64,000 nt of DNA from Asterias rubens (taxonomy: Eukaryota): positions 15,190,001 to 15,254,000 of the forward strand of contig NC_047062.1 in the NCBI RefSeq assembly GCF_902459465.1. The letters are read 5' to 3'. The notes under the pieces were generated by a model that did no database searches, had not been told where the DNA came from, and was given only the letters and a program-made list of their open reading frames with translations. Position 1 is the first letter of the stretch, and each line of letters starts with the position of its first letter. The position numbers and the translations under genes were made by a program. Below are positions 56,801 through 64,000 of the stretch, piece by piece.

Positions 56801-59800
56801 TAGTCATTGAGAAAAAACAATTTCACAAAAATAATTTTTGTCTCATAAGGCAAAATTTATTTAAGCATGTACAACGGATTTACATTGCTCTGTGATTTTC
56901 AATTTTTTCCTAAAAAAAACTTGACGTCTTGAGAAGCTGAAACTTCTACAGGTAAATTATACTATATCTCTTCATTCACAGTGTGAGTAAGGATTCGTGT
57001 TATGGTCACAAACTTGATCTACAAAGGGTATCAAAACCCTTTAAAGGACAATCCTGTCCAGAAAGAGAGATCTGAGGAGGAAAGACTCCTTTCAGCTTAC
57101 TCTTGATATTCCTTAGCATAGATTCAAAGAGACACGTGTCTGCATGGTGGTGCCTCTGGCTTTACTGTCAAAATGAACTGCTTTCTAGATGCTGTTCTGT
57201 TCAGGAAAACGTTGACGCTAATCATTGTTGAACCTTTAGAAGCATTTTCTGTTAACCCCCTTACTGTCTGACCATTCAACATCATTCATCAACACGATTT
57301 TAAAAGACAGATGATGCACTAAGCAAGCCTGCAATAGGATGTGGTTAATTCATCAAACAGCACACGGTTCCACTCTACAAAACATTCATTTCAGTTGAAC
57401 GGAACATGGAAAAATACTTTGCCTTCAGCTCACCCACCCTTTGGAACTCTATTTGGAACTGCTACCCTCCATTCTCAGAAGGACACGTATCTCTTCAAAA
57501 TACACCTAAAATCTGACCTGTTTGCTCAATCTTTTTGGTATCTTTAATAGTTAAGTTTTTTGAAGATAAGCTCCTACACTTGTATTGGTAACATTGTTTG
57601 CAGCGCTTTGAGAGTTCTCCCATAACTGAAATTTATGCACTGAATATAATTATTATTATATTAACATAAATAGTAATTATTATTCATAATACCCATGATT
57701 GCAAATTGAATTAGTGTAATCCATAAAATTTTATGATATCAAAAATGATGTTTTTCATCAAACCAAAACAAGAGCATTGATTTTTTTTTTAGTATGCTCC
57801 CACAAACGAGGAATGGTGAGTGACAAATTACAACTGGGGAAAATCTCGGCCAAAAACTGTGTGAATTTTTATCGAAAAATTATCTTTTATCCTGATGCTA
57901 TATTTGTGGGCGTAGGACCAAGAAGTGGAGAGAGGCCAGTGTATCGGCACTAGGTCTTTACGGGAATACCCCGATCAGAGATGGGGGTTGTTGTCTCAGA
58001 AACCACTTTAAACATTACAAGTACAACTCACAACTCGGTTTAGTTCAACTTCACACACCCATGTGTGAAGGTGTGTGCAAGTTAAAGCAACGAATCACAG
58101 GTGACGTCATGCAGAAATTTTTGCAGACGACACCAAGGTATACACCCCTATATTAAAACTCAGGATGACAGAGAAACACTCCAACACGACCTACATGTAG
58201 ACAGCTTCTACGACTGGGCAGAGAAATGGCAGTTAAAGTTCAATGTTGGTAACTGCGGTATAATGCATTATGGGAACCAAGACGGAACCAGTCCATACAG
58301 TATGCCAGATGGAACAACGTCTAACGAGGACAAATGTGGAAGTAAGGGCTGACGAGAAGGATCTTGGTGTCATATTTGACCCATCACTGAAGTGCAGCAA
58401 ACATGTTTGGGTGGTTGCCAACAAAGCAAACAGAATAGTGGGTCTAAAGGAGGACATTTGCGCATGGATGAAGATATGTTTTGTTTGCTATATATGTACA
58501 CAAAACCGTTAGTTAGACCCCACCTGGAATATGCAAATTGTGTGTGGAATCCATTTCTCAGTCAAGACATCACTAAGCTGGAGAAAGTGCAGAGAAGGGC
58601 AACAAAAATGGTCTCAAGTATAAAGGATCTCCCATACAGGAACCGGCTGGAGAGATTTGCTTGACCTGCCCACTTTGGCCTACAGACGCCTTCGAGGTGA
58701 CATGATCCAGGTGTTCAAGATAACGAAAGGACTCAGTGACGTGGACAAAGATAGCCTTTTTTTGATGAAGGAAGGAACCATAAACCTGAGAGGCCATAGC
58801 AAGAAAATTCAGACGCAACATGTCCACAATTGAACATCAGAAAGAACAGCTTTACACACAGAGTAGTTGACCACTGGAACATGGTCCCTATTAAAAGAAG
58901 GCAGTAGAAGCAGCATCAATATATATCTGCTTTCCAAGTTCAGATTAATCTTTGTACAACATGATAACCCATGCAGTGGATTTTGAATGAAATAAGGTGG
59001 GCATTATAGGACTTAGTCTTAAATTAGAGCCCGTGAAGACAGGTAACTACAGGTAACTAGACAAATCTGCGCCTTCTTTGAAAAGATGGCTCATATTAAG
59101 CCCAGGTTAGACTCTGACACTCAATGCGACGGAGTCCAGAATATAAAGGTACTGACTACTGCAATATATTTTATAGTTATACCTAAAAAGTAATAATAGA
59201 GGAATTAAGCTGAAGCTTCGTTCACATTCCTTGTGTCCAGAATTCCTTGCCTATGTACTGGGTTCAGAACTGTACAATTTTATCAAACTTTGTAAACGCA
59301 TCAGCAGTCAATTTCACAAAACTTTTCACAACAGCGTAAGTCCACTTGCGCAATGTTTTTTCGCCATAAGCGTCCAAAGTGGACTTACACAGTTGTGTAA
59401 AGTTTTGTGAATTTGACTTGCAACTTAATTAAGTTATATAGTTTAATCTTGTATTTGAGTGACAAAAAAACAACATTGCAAAATAACACAAACAAAAAGA
59501 CAGGATTGCTGCTTGCAGTTTTTAATTGAATACTAAAATTATTGACACTCATTCAATTCAACTTCAAATCAAGCCTAGCCCCACTTGTGTGGCCAAGGAT
59601 AAGGATTTAGCTATCCTTAGCCACACAAGACAAGTGGGGCTAAGTCAAGCCCAGTTTTGCAATCAACTGTGTGCAATGACATTATGGCAGTTCAGCAGTC
59701 TGGACTGTACTCTGCTGTGGCTTTACATTGAATAATTTGTAACTTGTGAGTACAAAAAAGCACATCCAGGCACTTGCTGAGGTCACATGCAGTGCAGTGG

Positions 59801-60007
59801 AGTTAAGACAATTTGAGTAGAAATTCTTAGTCGTCTTAGAGTTAGAATAGTACTTACCAGTTTGTTTGCCTGATTGGGTTGGTTGTTCTTGCTTCCATTG
59901 GCATTCCCTGACATCTCACCCGCCATTAAAAACGTCCTCAACATAAAAACTACCACCACAGTAACGGTAACGAAAAGGACACATCTTTTGGTTCGAAATC
60001 TAGCCAT
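41863..60007 (-). CDS. GALNT7: Polypeptide N-acetylgalactosaminyltransferase, GALNT7/pgant7-like, ~609 aa (GT27 catalytic domain + ricin-type lectin)
   Basis: Exons 60007-59858, 52843-52542, 50621-50455, 50093-49880, 47033-46860, 46248-46131, [45457-45335 or 45254-45132], 43152-42934, 42410-42192, 42006-41863; total 1830 nt, all GT-AG and in phase. Signal anchor [21 protein letters not shown] and [13 protein letters not shown] match the GALNT7 subfamily as I recall it. Also DxH (LDAHCE), [26 protein letters not shown], and lectin CHGAGGNQ and QQW. Confidence 0.93.
45132..45254 (-). CDS. GALNT7: Alternative (tandem-duplicated) exon 7b of the GALNT7-like gene: [41 protein letters not shown]
   Basis: 123 nt, phase 0-0, acceptor GACCCTCAG, donor AGG|GTAAGA. 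Same length as exon 7a (45457-45335) and 29/41 aa identical to it. It is absent from the supplied ORF track. Confidence 0.9.
51189..51562 (-). mobile_element. K1 MITE (diverged, near full length), followed by a second partial copy to 51795
   Basis: TTAAATGCACTGGACACGTTTGGTAATTGTCAAAGACC ... AATTACCAATTGTGTCCAGTGCCTT. Confidence 0.8.
52144..52482 (+). mobile_element. K1 MITE
   Basis: TTAAAGGCACTGGACACTATTGGTAATT ... GACAATTAC...CCAGTGCCTTTA. Confidence 0.8.
54645..55040 (-). mobile_element. Full-length K1 MITE with both TTAA sites and ~27-bp TIRs
   Basis: TTAAAGGCAGTGGACACTATTGGTAATT ... AATTACCAATAGTGTCCACTGCCTTTAA. Confidence 0.9.
56292..57044 (+). mobile_element. Head-to-tail K1 (56292-56682) + K4 (56679-57044) MITEs sharing a TTAA
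   Basis: Junction GTGTCCAGCGTCT-TTAA-AGGGTTTGTG; the outer ends are also TTAA. Confidence 0.85.
58120..58900 (+). mobile_element. Degenerate 5'-truncated CR1-type LINE (RT C-terminal region), frameshifted
   Basis: Fragments [59 protein letters not shown] and [15 protein letters not shown] lie across different frames. Antisense within GALNT7 intron 1. Confidence 0.88.
59302..59420. mobile_element. ~120-bp hairpin MITE with a TIR related to the H families; another relative at 63362-63508
   Basis: GTCAATTTCACAAAAC..GTAAGTCCACTT ... AAGTGGACTTAC..GTTTTGTGAATTTGAC; 63362-63508 reads GGGCCGATTCCACAAAG ... CTTTGTGAAATTAACCC. Confidence 0.65.
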
Positions 60008-60260
60008 TTAGAAACAATTCAGGATTGAGTTGTAATGCAGACGAAATAGTTATCTACTCTAGCTACCGCTCCGAGTCCTACGTCGTGAGAGTGTGCGTGT
60101 GACACGTTGCGGTCTTGTTTACATGCGTACTACATGCAACGAATCACTGCATGCACTATGCACTAGAGCACAGTACACCCGGGCCCCCACACTCGACTCA
60201 CACACAGCTGACCCAAGTTATTTATTGGCATGGTGTCAACAGATGGCGCCCTTTACCACT
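60008..60260 (-). promoter_or_regulatory. CpG-enriched 5' UTR / promoter region of the GALNT7-like gene
   Basis: CpG-rich stretch directly upstream of the ATG, with no obvious acceptor before it. Inference. Confidence 0.4.
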
Positions 60261-60950
60261 CTCCAAAGAAAAATCATTTCCCAAACTTTTTATTTTAATT
60301 TTGTTGAAAAACTTCATCAAGGCTAACGGGAATCGACACAATTATAATTCAGGTGGTGCTCAGTTAAATAACTAACAGAATTTTAAGAATATTTTAGATT
60401 TCCCTGACCCCTTCAAAACAAACTTTGTGAAAAATAATGTTTTTTTGAGTCAACTAAAATGACCAGGCAAATGGTGGATTGAAGATTGTATGACAAAAAA
60501 TTGCTTGTCATTGGACCGCAGGCATACATGTAGAGAACCTTATCAAATTCTAAACATGTTGCTGTTGTGAGTGAATATAGAGTGGGGGATTTAGAGAGGA
60601 GGATGTTGAGAAAATTGTCGTCACCCGAGCAATGTTGGGAGTAGGAACAGCTAGGTTCAAGATGTTTTGTTCTTATTAGCAATGTCAACCTATACGATTC
60701 AAAGCACTTATGCATTGGGAAACAAAAAAACAAACATCAAACACAATTATTTTCAAATCATCCTAAATAAAGCAGCACAGAGACGCTTGGGGCTCTTTGC
60801 ATTCAATAAGTTAGCTATTTATTACATTTGCTGTTTATTACATTTGCCATAGCAACAAAGCCCATCAGCACCAATAAGAATCAATATCTAGAGGCACTGT
60901 ATCTGAATAAAGATACACAAGAACTACCCCCCGCCCCCCATAAATATAAC

Positions 60951-61108
60951 TATAGATGGATTGCAATAGGCGTCACTGGCTGCCATATTTGATGAATTGT
61001 GCACGCATGAAGAGCTACCATTGGCTGAGGTCACGCGCAGCACGTACACTTTTCCCTTGTTTATACATCAAAGATGGCGGTCGATGACGCGTATTGCATC
61101 CCATCTAT
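60951..61108. mobile_element. ~158-bp MITE with a ~25-bp TIR
   Basis: TATAGATGGATTGCAATAGGCGTCA ... TGACGCGTATTGCATCCCATCTATA. Confidence 0.7.
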
Positions 61109-61306
61109 AATGAAGTAAAGACACAAAAAGTTATTCAGAAAAAATGGTAGACTGGTCCTGTTATTCTTTCAATGTTGTGCATTACCACCATTATTTTTGA
61201 CTACTTTTTGGTTGCACGACTCTGGTTCAACAACTCACAAATCAAAGTAGCGCAGTCTAACAATGTCACTTTTGCTACCCTCCTGTCAGACAACTCTACA
61301 ACTTAC

Positions 61307-62364
61307 TTGATCACAACAGCATCCACGAGTCAAACTGCACAAGCGGTACATATATGAGTAAACATAAAACTTGAACTGTATGGGCACAATGTTCATAGTG
61401 AAATTTGACATGTACACCGTACTGTCTAAAACCCAGCTTCTATTTTTAGCATTAGTGCAGAGTGCTATAATGGGAGTGGGGGTGTTCATCCTGTTCTCAA
61501 AAAAAAAAAAAATAACCGGTAGGTAAATTGTTTTTATATTGCCAATAAACAGGCTTTCTATTTCTAACCAATTTATGAGTCGACTAGAAGCAAAGTTTAC
61601 CACAACTTTAAGACTCTTGTTATTGCTACTCATGATGCCAGCCAGCTTTCTTGCATCAAACCTCAGTTATCTTGCAAAAAATAAACTATTTATGCTAGCA
61701 AAATGTTTAAATGTTTTTACAATTTCATATAATTTTGCTCCAATGGAAAGAAAAAACACACACGTATTTATTTCTAGATTGAGATGAATCAATGAAATAT
61801 AAAAAGATATCAAATAATTTATGTTCATTGGGCAATACCTGGGCAACTGCCAAATAAAACTACTCCACACAGACAAATCGATTATTACAATTATGTTCCA
61901 ATACCTGTAAGAAATTGCAGTCATAGTTCTAATTTTACTACATATTCCAACGTGATTGTACGTGATAAATTTCAAGCCAATTAACAATAACCAATATTAG
62001 AACCTACCTTCAATAAATAGTTTTGACTTAAATATGATATTTAAAAAGGGCCAAAGGGTTCATAAAGATAACATAGCTTAAACAAATTTTTTTTTGCTGA
62101 ATACAGAGTTTAAAAGACAAGTATCGCAAAAGTGAATGATTTCATCTACATGCAAAATGGATGTTTTAAGTTACAGTTGAGGAAATACTTAACTTATAAA
62201 TGGCAAATTGAAAGTGTAGCCTACTCTATGAGACTAGGCCAACAAATTAAGCTCACTAATGTTTATTTTTATAAATATATAGGATATTATACTTTACTGT
62301 AGCTTACTACTGAAATTGCACTTACTGGTTATAACAAAGATGGCTGTGGTAGGGGAATAATGAA
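61307..62364 (-). other. Possible 3' exons of an unidentified neighbouring minus-strand gene (39-nt exon 62364-62326; exon starting at 61490)
   Basis: Acceptor TTATTCAG with donor CA|GTAAGT bounds the 39-nt segment. A strong T-rich acceptor (T12 GAGAACAG) lies at 61491, and minus-strand AATAAA occurs near 60815-60840. The reading frame is ambiguous and no family was recognised. Confidence 0.25.
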
Positions 62365-63504
62365 CTGAATAACTCAAGAAAACTCTGGTGACACACCTTC
62401 AATCTATGATGTGTTTATTGATATCAGGCCTTGGTGCCCCTTCAAAGATTTCCCACTGACTTTAAGATTTTCCAATGATAGTGCCCCCCTTTGCAAACTG
62501 ATATGTTGATTGATATCAGGCCTGGAAATGCATGCAGGCCACGGAGGCCAAGTGGCCTCCAGTGCCCCTTGTCTTGGCCTTGGTGCCCTTTCAAAGGTTT
62601 CCAACTGACTTTCAACTTTTCCAATGTACCTTTGCAAACTGAAAATGGCCTTGCCCTTTCGAGAATAAAATTACACGCCTGAGATAGAGTAGTAAGATTT
62701 GAGGCCATGTTGTTTTGTTGCACTCTGGGATTGGTGATGAAAGGATTAATGTTATTTTAAGTGTGGGCCTACGCAGGTACTTTGAAAAAACTATATTTTG
62801 ATTCCACTTGTTTTATGTTATTTACGGAATTACAAACATGTGATACAAACACGGTTAGAAGTATTTAAACATAGGCGTGGCGCCCAAGCTTTATGCTTGG
62901 CGCTAATTTACGCGTAATTCAATAAATACACCAGTAATTAATGTTATAAGTGCGCGCGCAGAGCGGTTGACCGTTGCATGCATTTTGACACTTCGCAAAA
63001 TGGAGTATGAGATCGTGACAAGAACTGAAAATTTACAATAAATTTTCGATAGAGTTTTTAACATTGTTACGCTTTTAACAAAAAGGGCATTTATGAATGG
63101 GAATAAAAAGTGGTGACTCTGTCTTAAACATTCGTTTAAAACCATGCAGGGTCATAGCTGTGTGATAAAGGATGGAGCCTTTGAGCCTTTGGCTCTGTCC
63201 TTTATCGCATTCCTTTATCCTACAGCCATGGCACAAGGCCACGACCCTAACGGTTTTAAATTAATGTTCTAGACCTTGTACCATTCTTTCGCTTAGTGTT
63301 GTTAACAAACATTGAACAACTTCTTTATGGGGGTGTCGGGGCCTGACCGTCAATCACACGAGGGCCGATTCCACAAAGAGCTGAGATGGATTTTAACTGC
63401 AAATCAATCATAGTTGCTAAGTAAAGTGTGATGTCACAATACAAATTACTATGGCAATACTGGAAATTTGTCTTGCGATGAACTTTTATTGCTTTGTGAA
63501 ATTA

Positions 63505-63720
63505 ACCCCTGGACTCAAACTCTTGAGTTTCTGATCTGTTGAGTGCAGGTTCAAGTCCCGTATTGACCCTTAAGGAAGACACTTAACCATTTAATTGCAT
63601 CTTCCTTTGGGACATAAAGCCGTAGGTCCCATGAGTTGTCTATTTAAACTGTACACTTATTGATGAGAAGGGGTTCAACCCAGTGTGTTTTGACATGGTT
63701 GGCTGCAGATTGCGTTACAT
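63505..63720 (+). mobile_element. Degenerate SINE with a Deu-domain-like core
   Basis: B-box-like GGTTCAAGTCCCG, then GACACTTAACC..TGCATCTTCCTTTGGGACATAAAGCCGTAGGTCCC...ACACTTAT..GAGAAGGGGTTC, resembling the DeuSINE central domain as I recall it. Confidence 0.5.
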
Positions 63721-64000
63721 ATAACAAGTTGTAAACCAAGCAAACCTTGCAAATACAAGGTGCTTAGTAATTAAATGGGTCTTGTAATAAAAAAGAAAAG
63801 AGTGCTTTGAGTTACCCAATGGTATGATAAAGCATTTAAACCGCGCATTACTATTATTATACTGCACTGGTTTTGGATATTGTGACAAAATGACAACAAA
63901 CAATGCTTGAATACTCCTAACTTCAAAATACAAAAATAGAACACTAGGCCTATATTAAGCTGTCAACATGCAACAGGGCATCTCATGCTTTTCACACTAT

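Noticed and set aside
4932-60007. Two glycosyltransferases in one window as a functional glycosylation cluster
   Set aside because: They are ~29 kb apart, separated by four unrelated genes, and belong to large families; nothing in the sequence indicates co-regulation.

Overview
Eukaryotic, AT-rich, intron-rich animal genomic DNA. The repeat content looks like a marine invertebrate, probably a sea star or other echinoderm; that is an impression from memory and is unverified. I found no prokaryotic operons, CRISPR arrays, rRNA or intact tRNA genes. I built six protein-coding gene models by hand from splice sites and family motifs: (1) a 6-exon GT7/B4GALT-family glycosyltransferase (-); (2) a C2H2 zinc-finger gene with 15 fingers (-); (3) TRPT1, 7 coding exons (+); (4) PDCD2, 4 exons (-); (5) an unidentified 103-aa helical protein head-to-head with PDCD2 (+); (6) a GALNT7-like polypeptide GalNAc-transferase, 10 coding exons (-). 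Introns and intergenic DNA are crowded with MITEs (TTAA/Kolobok-type, Harbinger-like, hAT-like), tRNA-derived SINEs and LINE fragments (Rex/Babar-like, CR1-like, RTE-like). Best candidates for new biology: a tandem pair of 123-nt, apparently mutually exclusive exons encoding the catalytic flexible loop of the GALNT7-like enzyme; a GT7 enzyme with an unusual active site (WGWCCEDDD, Lys at bovine R228, Ile at Y289); three GC-AG introns among 26 coding-region introns; and the unidentified small gene sharing a promoter region with PDCD2.
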